Source: a virus | Taxonomy: Duplodnaviria > Caudoviricetes | IMG/VR virus record: IMGVR_UViG_3300025018_002266 | Coordinates: 1 to 24,396 of that record | Direction: 5' to 3' (one strand) | DNA: 24,396 bases | Part shown: one piece after another, positions 8,593 through 18,033 of the stretch | Numbering within the stretch: the first letter of the stretch is position 1 | Layout of the letters: each line of letters begins with the position of its first letter | The notes under the pieces: model-generated | Told to the model about the DNA's origin: nothing | Database searches by the model: none | Seen by the model: the letters and a program-made list of their open reading frames with translations, nothing else | Position numbers and translations under genes: made by a program

Positions 8593-9645
8593 CTAACTAC
8601 CGGCCGCGACGAGGAAGCAGAAGGAGCCGTCCGCATCGAAGAAACAGAACTTGGGGCTCGCATGGAGAACGAAGCGGTCCACACGACCGATGCACTGAGC
8701 GGCCACAGCGGGGGGGATCTTCACGTTCATGTCGGCGTGCTTGCCGATCTTGAAACTGTCCCGCGCGTGCCCCAGGGGCGTTGTGACCTCCACGACCATC
8801 TTGCCCCCGGAGATCCGACAGTCGGCGGCAACGTCCCGCATGTTCCCGATCAGCACGCTGGTCCGCTTCAGCGCTCCGAACCAAGTCTTGGGCAGGGGCA
8901 CCGCGGCCTTGAAGTTCTCATCGGCGTCCGAGAAAAGCCCCTGAAAGAGCCCCAGGTTCTTCATCGTGGGCACGGCGCTGAAGAGTGTTGTGCCCTCGCC
9001 GATCATGGCGGCGTACCACTCATCGGAGAGGTAGATCGACGTCGTTCCGCCCTTCTTCATTCCGGCCAGGAATAGCTCGACGAACCGTCCGGGCAGGAGG
9101 GGATCCTTGCCGCGCAGTGCAATGGGGGTCTTCATCTTGACCACCGCGCGACTTGCAGCGGCGTCGTCGCAGGAGTAGAGGACTACCTTCCCCTTGGCGA
9201 TCTCCACCTGCACACCATTCCGCCAGGGTTGGGGGCACCCCGTAGCCATTGAGATGGTCACGTGCTGCAGCGCTGCCAGAAGCTGTGGCGTAACCTCCAA
9301 CCGAGGGCAGTCCCCCAGCGACGGTGGCGCAAAGATGAAGTCCTCCTCGGGCAGGACGGGAAACTCGGTAGAGGCCCTGCCGCACTTGACCTTCATGCTC
9401 GACTCGGTCACGTCCAGGGTGACCACCTTCGCCCCAGCGGCGCTCAACCAGTCCTGCATGGGCTGCCCCCGCACACCGCCCCGCCAGGGCGTCACCAGCG
9501 GCGTCACCAGCGCAGCGGAATCGTCGAAGGCGAAGACGCGCTCACCGTCGAAGCAAAAGCAGGGGTGAATCGGCACCAGTGATTTGGGGCCCCCCAACGT
9601 CCCACTCACACTCTTCAACGCACTGAGCAGCGCGGTTCTCTCCAT
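8593..9645 (-). CDS. DNA polymerase III beta-clamp-like sliding clamp
   Basis: About 350 aa. N-terminal MERTALLSALKSV..., FPVLPEEDF and W.NGV......LYSCD resemble DnaN. AGGAGG RBS lies 6 nt before ATG 9645. Same gene block as the polymerase and clamp loader. Confidence 0.7.
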   Translation of the reverse strand: MERTALLSALKSVSGTLGGPKSLVPIHPCFCFDGERVFAFDDSAALVTPLVTPWRGGVRGQPMQDWLSAAGAKVVTLDVTESSMKVKCGRASTEFPVLPEEDFIFAPPSLGDCPRLEVTPQLLAALQHVTISMATGCPQPWRNGVQVEIAKGKVVLYSCDDAAASRAVVKMKTPIALRGKDPLLPGRFVELFLAGMKKGGTTSIYLSDEWYAAMIGEGTTLFSAVPTMKNLGLFQGLFSDADENFKAAVPLPKTWFGALKRTSVLIGNMRDVAADCRISGGKMVVEVTTPLGHARDSFKIGKHADMNVKIPPAVAAQCIGRVDRFVLHASPKFCFFDADGSFCFLVAAGS

Positions 9646-9704
9646 GTCCATCCTCCTGGCAACAGTGGCAGTTGTCGTTCGTCGCAAGCACATACGGAGC
9701 AACA

Positions 9705-9732
9705 CCAGGCGTCCCCTCGCGGAAACGCCTGG
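9705..9732 (-). terminator. Intrinsic terminator-like hairpin
   Basis: Minus strand CCAGGCGUUUCC-GCGA-GGGGACGCCUGG: 12-bp stem with two G-U pairs and a GNRA loop, followed by UGUUGCU, just downstream of the stop at 9760. Confidence 0.6.
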
Positions 9733-9759
9733 CATGTGTGAAGTGTCGGGGTGAGCGGA

Positions 9760-10365
9760 TCACCGCGCGATGGTGAAGCCCATCGCGGTTGCCTGCTTGA
9801 TCAGGCCCATTGCCCCCTGGTAGACCCCCCGGAGGGTGTTGGGGTCGAAGGTGTGGCCCTTCGCCTCGGCCAACTCGCCGATCGTCTCGACGGTGGCGAG
9901 CTGGTTCTCCAGGCAGAGGGCCCGGATCACGTAGCTGCGGTTCTGACGCAGCTCCCGCGGCTGCTTCTCCTTGGGGGCCTTCGGCTCCCGGACCTTCTTC
10001 TTCTCACGCTTCGGCTTGGCCGTCTTCGTGGCCTTCGGTGCGGGCTCCGGCTCGGCCGTCTTCGCTGCCTTGGTGGCCTTGGCCTTCTTCGGCTTCGCGG
10101 TCGTGGTCGCCATGTCAGAATCCTCCGTGGGCGTCGCTCCGGCGTCGAGGGGAGTGAGGTTCATCTCACGGCCACCCTTCCGCGCGGCGTTGATCTCGGT
10201 TGCCGTCTCGTTGACCCAGCTCTGGGCCTCGTCGGAGAGTGCGTTCCACTCGTCCTCCGGCAACTTCGTTGCAGCCCTGGCCACCCTGACCAGGAAGTCC
10301 TGCGTGGTCTCACCTGTCTCCTGCGTGACGCCCGTCGCCGCGAGGAGTTCGCTCTTGATGCTCAT
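9760..10365 (-). CDS. Putative DNA-binding protein with a Lys/Ala/Pro-rich (histone H1-like) linker
   Basis: GGAGG RBS before ATG 10365. Helical N-terminal domain, AKPKKAKATKAAK-type linker, and a C-terminal HTH-like segment. Confidence 0.55.
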   Translation of the reverse strand: MSIKSELLAATGVTQETGETTQDFLVRVARAATKLPEDEWNALSDEAQSWVNETATEINAARKGGREMNLTPLDAGATPTEDSDMATTTAKPKKAKATKAAKTAEPEPAPKATKTAKPKREKKKVREPKAPKEKQPRELRQNRSYVIRALCLENQLATVETIGELAEAKGHTFDPNTLRGVYQGAMGLIKQATAMGFTIAR

Positions 10366-10433
10366 CTGTGCCTCCGGTTCGTGTTCCTCCGGCGTTCCTG
10401 CCGGGTTGCTCAATGGACACATACGATCATCGG

Positions 10434-11045
10434 CTACGGATGTATCCGATTTCGTGCCCACTTCCTCATCCTTTTCTGCGCGGAATCGAGGTTTTCCTCC
10501 TCGAGCCCCGCCTGCCGTGCAAGGCACTGCCTGCGCGTCTCCCGGACGCCGTCCTCCGTCCGAGTGCCTGCCAGCTCCCGGCCGATGACCAGCATCGCGT
10601 ACCCACGGAGATCCTCCGGCACCTCCTCGATCAGCTCCCTCAGCTCGATCCGGTCCATCGTCGTCATGGAGTCCGGGACCGAGGCGAAGAAGTCGGTGGT
10701 GTCCGAGTCGAGATCGGCGGTGATGGTCGCCGTGCGGGCCTTCCGGCGCAGGAACTTGTTGGTCAGGTCGATCATGCGGTTGCGGAGCGCCGTCTTGTAC
10801 ATCCAGACGAACGCGGCCCGGTCAGGCTTCCACTTCCGCCCGGCCACCAACTCCGCGTTGTCCTCACGCGTCGCCCACGCGCGGTGCCAGCGGTCGGCGC
10901 ACTTGTTGTACACCAACCACGCCTCCTGTAGGAGGTCGTCCATGTCGTAAACCGCGCGTGTGTGCCAGTGGTTCTTGGCGCAGAAGGCGCGGGTGATCCC
11001 TTCGATCATCCCGTTCCACTCGGGGACGTAGGCTGTCGGTTCCAT
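10434..11045 (-). CDS. Phage sigma-70/ECF-like sigma factor
   Basis: Region 2-like DDLLQEAWLV...AFVWMYKTALRNRMIDL; about 200 aa; AAGGAG RBS. Confidence 0.7.
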   Translation of the reverse strand: MEPTAYVPEWNGMIEGITRAFCAKNHWHTRAVYDMDDLLQEAWLVYNKCADRWHRAWATREDNAELVAGRKWKPDRAAFVWMYKTALRNRMIDLTNKFLRRKARTATITADLDSDTTDFFASVPDSMTTMDRIELRELIEEVPEDLRGYAMLVIGRELAGTRTEDGVRETRRQCLARQAGLEEENLDSAQKRMRKWARNRIHP

Positions 11046-11117
11046 CGTCGGCTCCTTCCCGTAAGGTTGACCAGAAGGATACCAGTGACCGAATCGGATG
11101 CCACCTGAATCCCCACC

Positions 11118-12062
11118 CTAAAGCGAAAAAACTGATCGCACGAGGGCACGTGCCTCCGCGGGGAGCAACTCGCCAGGATCCTTACGGTGGTGGGGCAGCC
11201 GCGCCACCAGGGGGCGTACGGTCGGCAGCGACCGCTGCAGCAGCCTGGCGGCAACGTCAGCGCCTCGATCGAAGAGGATCGCGGTCCGCTCGCAACGGCC
11301 CCCCCGATCGGATAGTCGGGTGAGTTGAGCGTCGGTTACGTCGGTACCCATTGTGCCCACCACGTCTACACCAAGGGTCCGACAGGCATCGGCCAGCGGA
11401 ATGACGTCGAGGGGCCCCTCCACAATGATCAGGAACCGTGCGTCCCGATCCGGGCCGGAGAAGAGGTACTCCTTGATCGTGTGCCCCTGGGGCTCAGCAC
11501 GGTACCGCAGCTCGGCCTTCCCGATCGCACGTCCGGTCCACCCGACCAGGTGATCACCATCGAACACAGGAAGGATAAGACGATCCCGCCACTCGCCGGA
11601 CACGGCACACCTGATGGAATAGTCGCGCACCACGCGATCGACGTTTGGCAGTCCTCTCGCCTTGAGGTAGGCGTGGAAACGTCGGGTGATTCCCGTGCCA
11701 CAGGGAACGCGGAACTCCGGGGGGAACACAATGTCCGCACTGGCCTGCGGCTTTGGCCTGGTGCCAAGGGCATCAATGCGGCGACGAATCTCAGCCATTG
11801 GCGCCGCGCTGTGGGCTCCCTCCTGGTCCTGGAGGTACTCCTCAACCTGACGCACGTTCCAGCCGGTGATTGCGCGCACAACACGAGCAAGGGGGCCCCC
11901 GTGCGACCGCACACGCCAACAGCCCCAACGGGTACCATCGATGCGGATACCGAAGTTATCCCGGCCCTCGTCCTGGCACCAAGGGCATTGAAGATAGACA
12001 TTGTCCCGCTTCGTCGTGTACTCGATCCCCAATGAATCAAGCAGCCGAACGGGATCAAACAT
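11118..12062 (-). CDS. DNA primase (zinc finger plus TOPRIM)
   Basis: CPWC...CW...H zinc-binding domain, RLILPV, GWTGR, IVEGPLD, FD...D and KDPGE. Confidence 0.88.
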   Translation of the reverse strand: MFDPVRLLDSLGIEYTTKRDNVYLQCPWCQDEGRDNFGIRIDGTRWGCWRVRSHGGPLARVVRAITGWNVRQVEEYLQDQEGAHSAAPMAEIRRRIDALGTRPKPQASADIVFPPEFRVPCGTGITRRFHAYLKARGLPNVDRVVRDYSIRCAVSGEWRDRLILPVFDGDHLVGWTGRAIGKAELRYRAEPQGHTIKEYLFSGPDRDARFLIIVEGPLDVIPLADACRTLGVDVVGTMGTDVTDAQLTRLSDRGGRCERTAILFDRGADVAARLLQRSLPTVRPLVARLPHHRKDPGELLPAEARALVRSVFSL

Positions 12063-14628
12063 CCTGCTTTCCCTTGATCACCGCGTCGAAGAGGTCACGG
12101 CCGTTCATCAAGGCGTCCAGCAGCTTCTCGTCCACCGTTCCACGGATGACAAGGTCGTAGATGAATACGTGAAACTCCTGACCATGCCTCCACAGGCGCT
12201 TCTCCATCTGGCGGCGCTTGATGGGGCTCGGCGGTGACTCGAAGAAGATCGCGTAGTTGCCTGCCTGCAGATTCAACCCGTAAGCAGCGGCATCGCTGGC
12301 CACCAGAATGTGGAGCCGCCCATCGATGAAGTCCGCAACCGCCTTGTTCTTCGCCCTGTTCGATTGCCCCCCGTAGACCCGTCCAACGCGGTACTTCTCC
12401 TTGCGCAGGGCATCGGCCAGGAGTTGGCCGGTGAACTTGTAGAAACAGAAGACCATCACCTGGCGCCCGAGGGGAATCGACGAAAGCAGCTCCAGCAGGA
12501 GATCGAGCTTTGGATTGGACGGGAAGATCAGGGGCTGCTCGGTGCCCTCGTCATCCTTGGGCAGGGCGTACCCCGAGGACAAGCGCCGCAACCGATTCCA
12601 CGAGTTCTCGGTGTCCCGGAAATCCCCCTTGGCAGCACGAAGCTCGTCCATCGCCTGCTCGTAGAAGGCAGCGGTCGATGCGGGGAGGCTGGCACGACGA
12701 ATCAAGAGGTCGCCACCGGACACAAGGCCCCCGGTGATTGGTGGAAGGTCCACCATCTCCTCGGACGTGTACTTGATAGTCCGGTGCGCCAACAGACGAT
12801 TGAGGTTAGGGGTGAGCGCCTTCTTGAAGTGGTACTCGAACCCACCCCAGTAATTCCGTACCGTCGAGAAGAACGCCGCACGGAAGAGCCCCAACGTAGG
12901 CCCCAAGGACTCACCCTGATCGATCAGGTAGAGCTGACTCCAGAGATCATGAGGCTCGTCGCCAAACGGGGTTCCCGTCAGCTCATAGACATGCGGACGG
13001 CCGATCTCCACCTGCTTCCGCAAGCACTTGAACGTCAGTGATTGATGGTTTTTGATCGCGTGCGCCTCGTCCAGGACCAGGCACCCGAAGCGCTGGGCAG
13101 CCTCCTCCAACCGTTCGGCGCTGGGCACCATCTTGCCCTTGATCCGATCGCAGACCATCGAGAGGTAGCCCGCGTAAGTGATCACCACCATCTCCGCGTC
13201 CGACTCCCAGAAGATGGAGCGGCGTTCAGCGGGGGAACCATCCACACCAATGGCAGCCAGATCGGGGCGGTGCTTGGGCGCCTCGCGTTCGGCCCACTCA
13301 GGCACCTGCGTACCGTAGGGCACCAGCACCAGCGCTCGATTGAATGACCCCCGATCAATGTGCCATCGAACCAGGTTCAAACTGATGGATGTGTTATGTG
13401 TGAGAACGAAGCCACGTGTAACAAACAGTCCATCCGGAGCATCGACACAGATGCACGTACAGAAAGAGACCCCAGCAGGGCTGATAGTGGAGATAGCATG
13501 TGTTGGGTAATACTTCCGTTTTCTCCCAGAAAGCACAGCCAACTTGGTCTTGTTTGCGAGAAATGGAGAAATGCCCTGCGGAAGGTTGATCGACATCCTG
13601 TAATAAGGCCGAGCACACTTCCACCCAGGAAGCTTTACATACTTCACCTTTTGACGTCGGGCCACACCACCAAGCGACTGAACAAGAAACTCAACATCTT
13701 TATAAAGCTGCTCCGATGCAGTGAGCCACCCCACCCCACGTGAAATATCACCATCTGTATCCAAAATGCCCTGCAAAATCAACACACGATTCTTGGGACT
13801 AGCATAAAGATACTTCTTGGGGATGAACTTGTCACGGGAATGAACTCCATTCAACCCCAGAGATCTAATCTCCTTAGAAACACCCAAAATGCTCGATGAA
13901 ATCCCATGAGAAGCGCCCCACACCACACCCCGCCGAGATAACTCCTCACGAACGGCGGCCTTCCTCGCACCAAGTGTAACCACCGGGGTGGCGGATGAGC
14001 TGACACACCCATCACCAAGAATAACACCCAAAACGTAAGGATCAATACACAACACATCAGGCTGATCGTTGAATACCACGGGAGCAACCATTGGCAGGTG
14101 GTGCATCCGGTTCCCATTTGAATCAACAAGCTTTTCACGAATTACATCTAAAGATCGAACACGAAAAGGCTTCCCCCGCTTTTTATCAATTGGGGACCGC
14201 GTAGCCCACAAGTGATCATCGGTACTTCTCACCTCAATTCCATCGGAAAGCCTGATTCGAAAAACAGGACGAACGCCTTGAGGAAAAACACCAGTCACAC
14301 GAACGGCTCGTCCAGAAGAGCCAATCACGTAGTCACCAACACGGAGAGATCCCATCTCCACCAAGCCCGTCGGAGTCCACACCAATTCATCATCAGGTAG
14401 CGCTTTCCCGGCTCCCATATCCAACCAGAATGCATAGCCTGGGTACTTGGCACCGAGGAGCAGGCAGATCTTCTGGTGTGTGCGTGGTGGCAGTGGTGAC
14501 GGACGCAGTGGTGGATCCAGCCGTGCCAGCTTGGCGTCGAGCTTCTTGTCGGAGTACCGCTTCGCCTTGCGCGAATCGGCCAGATCTCTCCGATTGAGGA
14601 ACTCCCGCACCGCCGTCCGGCTGATCAC
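12055..14628 (-). CDS. SNF2-family (SF2) helicase interrupted by an intein
   Basis: DMGAGK|T Walker A split by the intein, LVLDEAH, LTGTP, YGLNLQ, and RLWRHGQ motif VI. Confidence 0.92.
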   Translation of the reverse strand: MISRTAVREFLNRRDLADSRKAKRYSDKKLDAKLARLDPPLRPSPLPPRTHQKICLLLGAKYPGYAFWLDMGAGKALPDDELVWTPTGLVEMGSLRVGDYVIGSSGRAVRVTGVFPQGVRPVFRIRLSDGIEVRSTDDHLWATRSPIDKKRGKPFRVRSLDVIREKLVDSNGNRMHHLPMVAPVVFNDQPDVLCIDPYVLGVILGDGCVSSSATPVVTLGARKAAVREELSRRGVVWGASHGISSSILGVSKEIRSLGLNGVHSRDKFIPKKYLYASPKNRVLILQGILDTDGDISRGVGWLTASEQLYKDVEFLVQSLGGVARRQKVKYVKLPGWKCARPYYRMSINLPQGISPFLANKTKLAVLSGRKRKYYPTHAISTISPAGVSFCTCICVDAPDGLFVTRGFVLTHNTSISLNLVRWHIDRGSFNRALVLVPYGTQVPEWAEREAPKHRPDLAAIGVDGSPAERRSIFWESDAEMVVITYAGYLSMVCDRIKGKMVPSAERLEEAAQRFGCLVLDEAHAIKNHQSLTFKCLRKQVEIGRPHVYELTGTPFGDEPHDLWSQLYLIDQGESLGPTLGLFRAAFFSTVRNYWGGFEYHFKKALTPNLNRLLAHRTIKYTSEEMVDLPPITGGLVSGGDLLIRRASLPASTAAFYEQAMDELRAAKGDFRDTENSWNRLRRLSSGYALPKDDEGTEQPLIFPSNPKLDLLLELLSSIPLGRQVMVFCFYKFTGQLLADALRKEKYRVGRVYGGQSNRAKNKAVADFIDGRLHILVASDAAAYGLNLQAGNYAIFFESPPSPIKRRQMEKRLWRHGQEFHVFIYDLVIRGTVDEKLLDALMNGRDLFDAVIKGKQDV
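13393..14403 (-). mobile_element. Class 3 intein (337 aa) with LAGLIDADG homing endonuclease
   Basis: Begins with Ala (ALPDDELVWTPTG) and ends THN before Thr+1. Block B DHLW, block F CTCICV, LAGLIDADG motifs LGVILGDG and LQGILDTDG. DNA is visibly more AT-rich than the flanks. Confidence 0.92.
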
Positions 14629-16049
14629 ACCTCGTCCTCGGCTGTGGCATCAAGATCGGCATCGCCGCTCATGGCCCGCCAGTAGTCATCGGTCATCAAA
14701 CAGGAGTCGAGAGCGAACTGGCCCACCTCAAACCGCTGGGAAAGCAAGATGGTAAACCGATCGGCATCCTCACGTCCCGCCGCGACAAACAGCCGGGCCA
14801 AGCCCAACTGCTTCTCCTCATCGGTACGGGACAGGGTCAGCACGGTATCGGCCACAGCGATCTTCCCAAAATCCTCGGATGCGTTGTAGACGTCCACCTG
14901 CTTCTGCTTAGTGCCACTGCGGTTGGATTGAGTCACAGTGGCAATGCCGATGTTGCGCTTCTGCGCAAGACCGCGCAACCCGACATACGTTGCCCGTGTG
15001 GACTCCCGCAGGTGGTGGGAGTCCAACTCCATCAAGTCAGCGTAATCCAGGCAGATCAGGTCCGGAATGATCCCATGGGACTCCAGCCCGTCCAGGTACG
15101 CCGTCAACCCCCGCAGGGACAGCTCGCCAGAGGGAAACTCCTTGACGATGAACTTCGGCCGGTTCCGAAGGCGAGATTGAAACTTGCGCAGCTTCGCTTC
15201 CACGCCAGGTGCATCCATTGACGTGTGGCGCCGGACATCCACCATCTCCAGATCCAGAAAGTACCCATCGTCATCCCGTTTGAACTTCGGCCGTTTGATC
15301 GCGGACAGCTCTCGTGTGGACAGTCCGAAGAAGACCTGGAACGCACGCTTCAGCACCAGCGGGCGCTTCAGCTCCAGGGTGATGTAGACCACACACCGCC
15401 GCCCGTGGAGCAATGTGTGCTTCGCGAGATTGAGGAGGAACCATGACTTCCCACCCTTCGCCAATGCGATCAGGAGGTAAAGGCGCCCAGGGCCAGGACC
15501 CAAGTTCCGCGCGTCCAACTCCTTGATCCCGGTGGGCCAGGTGTCGTCCTCGTCCGTCAGGAAGTCAAGTGCGCCCTCATCCGTGATCGCCGTGCCCGGG
15601 TCGAAGACATCGATGCTGGCCTTCAAACACGCTGACAGGGCTGACTCAGCCTCCTCCAGGCCATCCACTGTGTCACGATCCATCGCGGTCGTAGCCAGGT
15701 CCAAACCCATCCGGACACGCTGGTACCGGACGAATGCCTGCGCCGAATCGATGATGTAGTCAACGTGAATGGACGCCGCAGTATCGACCATGCTCTCGAA
15801 GAGCTTCCGGAACACGGGCGCGCGCTTCTCATTCCGTGCGCAGAGGGCATCAATCAAGTCCTTGGTCTGCTCCCCCGGAGGAACACCATACCGATCGATG
15901 TACGCGAAAGCGGCCTCGGCAATCTCCCTGTAGAAAGGATCATAGGCCCTGTGAGGGATCAGGTTCCGGACGAACCTGGCGCCCTTCACACCATCCACAA
16001 AACAGAGAATGCTGATCAGGCTTTCCTGGATCGCTCCCGTGAGTTTCAC
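14625..16049 (-). CDS. DnaB-like (SF4) replicative helicase
   Basis: PTGIKELD, Walker A ALAKGGKS, YITLE, ICLDYADLM, TQSNR and SEDFGKIAVAD. Confidence 0.9.
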   Translation of the reverse strand: MKLTGAIQESLISILCFVDGVKGARFVRNLIPHRAYDPFYREIAEAAFAYIDRYGVPPGEQTKDLIDALCARNEKRAPVFRKLFESMVDTAASIHVDYIIDSAQAFVRYQRVRMGLDLATTAMDRDTVDGLEEAESALSACLKASIDVFDPGTAITDEGALDFLTDEDDTWPTGIKELDARNLGPGPGRLYLLIALAKGGKSWFLLNLAKHTLLHGRRCVVYITLELKRPLVLKRAFQVFFGLSTRELSAIKRPKFKRDDDGYFLDLEMVDVRRHTSMDAPGVEAKLRKFQSRLRNRPKFIVKEFPSGELSLRGLTAYLDGLESHGIIPDLICLDYADLMELDSHHLRESTRATYVGLRGLAQKRNIGIATVTQSNRSGTKQKQVDVYNASEDFGKIAVADTVLTLSRTDEEKQLGLARLFVAAGREDADRFTILLSQRFEVGQFALDSCLMTDDYWRAMSGDADLDATAEDEV

Positions 16050-16077
16050 GCCGGTCCTTCCCTTCCCGACGAAAGGC

Positions 16078-16308
16078 TCATCCCCTCAAGGCGATACGTG
16101 CAAGACAGACAACACACACGTTGCACGTACCACCAAGTGCGATGACGTCGCAGCCCTCATCCGCAATCTTCGTCAATACCTCGGAGTACCGATCGAGGCG
16201 ACAGAAGACACACTCTCTTGGCGGGTGGAAATCCTCCGTCGGATTGGGGCAGTGAAGCTGCTCGTACCGGCACCGATAAACTCCAACTCCACCACCTGGA
16301 TCAATCAC
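16078..16308 (-). CDS. Small Cys-rich hypothetical protein
   Basis: GTG start overlaps the upstream stop (GTGA); contains CVFC and CNVCVVC. Confidence 0.5.
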   Translation of the reverse strand: MIDPGGGVGVYRCRYEQLHCPNPTEDFHPPRECVFCRLDRYSEVLTKIADEGCDVIALGGTCNVCVVCLARIALRG

Positions 16309-16616
16309 GGTAGACACCTCCGAAGCCTCCGTACATTCCGCTGAAGGGACTTGATCGCACCACCTATGGACCGTCCCCACCCGATCACAGTTGCTTCCTG
16401 TCGCCGCCCACGCGCCGTCCCAATGTGAAACTGCACCTCGGCGCGGTACCAGCCACCCTCATAGAGGAACTTCCCCTGATGAAACCTGTTGTTCATCATT
16501 ACGGTCACCGAACGCTCAGGGGACCACCCCCAAGCCCACGGACCCCGTCCAGGAGTGTCGTTCCACTCAACAGCGACACCAAGGATGCGCTTCGGCAGAC
16601 CAGCGAGTTTGCTCAC
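16305..16616 (-). CDS. Hypothetical protein
   Basis: 4-bp overlaps with both neighbours and an AAGGAG RBS. Confidence 0.6.
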   Translation of the reverse strand: MSKLAGLPKRILGVAVEWNDTPGRGPWAWGWSPERSVTVMMNNRFHQGKFLYEGGWYRAEVQFHIGTARGRRQEATVIGWGRSIGGAIKSLQRNVRRLRRCLP

Positions 16617-17152
16617 GCTGAAGACTCCTTTCCCCGTGCAGCATCAACCCGACGGCGCAGAAGGAAGGGGAGCATGCCGGTGGCTCCGTAGCCGGGGAAG
16701 GCTGCATCAACGCATGCTCCAACCTTAGACAGGCCATACAGGATGGTCACGAATCGATCCTCCATCTCCCGGATCGGCAGCCGCCGAACCAGGACTTCCA
16801 GAAGGATACGGATCGCCAACCTATGCTCCCTCCGTGTCTTCGGCTGCAGGTGCTCCCTTGCGTACTCCCACACGACGTCTGAGCCACACAGAAGCGCCCT
16901 GCGGGCCTTGGGCACGCGCAACGTAGCCTGGACCGTGTGGGGCACCGAAACGCCAGCACGCGCACACACGTCGGCCAGGACGCCAAAAACCGCAACAGCG
17001 CGCTGGTGGTGTTCGGTGCCAGCCTGCTTCCCCGCGCCGGAAGCGAGGAGCGCTGCGGATATCATCGAGCGCTCGGCAGCGGTCAGTTTGGGAAGGGAGG
17101 CAAGAATTGCCTCTACCGGGACCGGAATGTGCGGTCGGTTTTCCGTGCCCAT
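16613..17152 (-). CDS. Hypothetical protein
   Basis: Fills the operon and has helical composition; no family recognised. Confidence 0.6.
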   Translation of the reverse strand: MGTENRPHIPVPVEAILASLPKLTAAERSMISAALLASGAGKQAGTEHHQRAVAVFGVLADVCARAGVSVPHTVQATLRVPKARRALLCGSDVVWEYAREHLQPKTRREHRLAIRILLEVLVRRLPIREMEDRFVTILYGLSKVGACVDAAFPGYGATGMLPFLLRRRVDAARGKESSA

Positions 17153-17337
17153 TCCACCACGTCCCTCTCACGGAATCGAATCGCATCCTTCACACGACCG
17201 GTCACACGGACATACGGGAGGGACCTGCACCGTCGCCACTTCTCCACCGTTGCCTTGGTGACGCCGAAGCGAAGGACCAGATCGGCTGTGGTCAGCAACT
17301 CCAGTTCTTCAACTACCGTTCCGTGCATCGATTCCAT
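17113..17337 (-). CDS. MerR/excisionase-like winged-HTH DNA-binding protein
   Basis: LLTTADLVLRFGVTKATVEKWRR...LPYVR....IRFRERDVVEW; GAGG RBS before ATG 17337. Confidence 0.8.
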   Translation of the reverse strand: MESMHGTVVEELELLTTADLVLRFGVTKATVEKWRRCRSLPYVRVTGRVKDAIRFRERDVVEWARKTDRTFRSR

Positions 17338-17424
17338 GAATTCCTCAAAAGTTGGTGGGCCGGGTGGAAAGGGCGAATGCGAGGTTTTAGGGGAAAGGAG
17401 ATCGTCAGGCCCTTTTACAGCCTC

Positions 17425-17490
17425 GGGAGGTGGCGAACCACCCGCCCACCATGAATGTGTAATATACCTCTCAGTGTGCCGGTATCCATA
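17425..17490 (-). promoter_or_regulatory. Possible promoter and UUCG hairpin upstream of the HTH gene
   Basis: Minus strand TGGATA-16 nt-TATATT, followed by the hairpin GGGCGGGUGG-UUCG-CCACCUCCC, in a non-coding gap. Confidence 0.35.
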
Positions 17491-17530
17491 ACCAATCCAC
17501 GCACAACTTTTTTGATGGTGCATGAGGAAG

Positions 17531-17749
17531 TCACAGCTCCAGTCGCGCACGGAACGCTGCGAATTCAGCAGCCATCCGATCCAGCGCGCGACGGGCCTCG
17601 TACGCGACCTCCGCGACGCGGTGGACACATGGGTGGTCTGGTGCGCAGTCACACTCACCACAAAGACCCCATAAGACCTCATCAGAAATCTCAGCAGGCT
17701 GATCGAACCACTCCTCACCAAAATCACCAAAAAGGGTGGGGTGCGTCAC
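17531..17749 (-). CDS. Hypothetical protein (CGEC...HPC, possible metal binding)
   Basis: Tight spacing to the upstream ORF and a GGAG RBS. Confidence 0.55.
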   Translation of the reverse strand: MTHPTLFGDFGEEWFDQPAEISDEVLWGLCGECDCAPDHPCVHRVAEVAYEARRALDRMAAEFAAFRARLEL

Positions 17750-17751
17750 AC

Positions 17752-18033
17752 CTACACTCCCTCAACCGTGCGCTGGAACTCGCGGACCCACGCCGGATCG
17801 TCCTCATCAATCACGCAGTAGGCATACTCGCCGTCGGCGGAAATCCGCCCAACCGCACCGCAGTGGTCACATGTGGACTTGGCATCCTCCTGCACGACCA
17901 GATGGTCCGGCAGGGAGCAACCAGGCTCACACTCGGTGTAGTCCTCACCGTCACCACAGTACGCAGGGAAGTCGATCTCGTCGCCGCAGACGTCACAGGA
18001 GAACGACAAGACGGGCTTGCTCTCGGCGCTCAC
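17752..18033 (-). CDS. Acidic zinc-ribbon-like protein
   Basis: CDVCG and CDHCG pairs; GTGA overlap with the ligase stop. Confidence 0.6.
   Translation of the reverse strand: MSAESKPVLSFSCDVCGDEIDFPAYCGDGEDYTECEPGCSLPDHLVVQEDAKSTCDHCGAVGRISADGEYAYCVIDEDDPAWVREFQRTVEGV

Noticed and set aside
2405-16049. Host chromosomal dnaX/dnaN/polA/dnaG/dnaB genes
   Set aside because: The sequences are divergent, short and clustered with gp32-like, UvsY-like and sigma-like genes in phage fashion, so bacterial gene symbols were not assigned.
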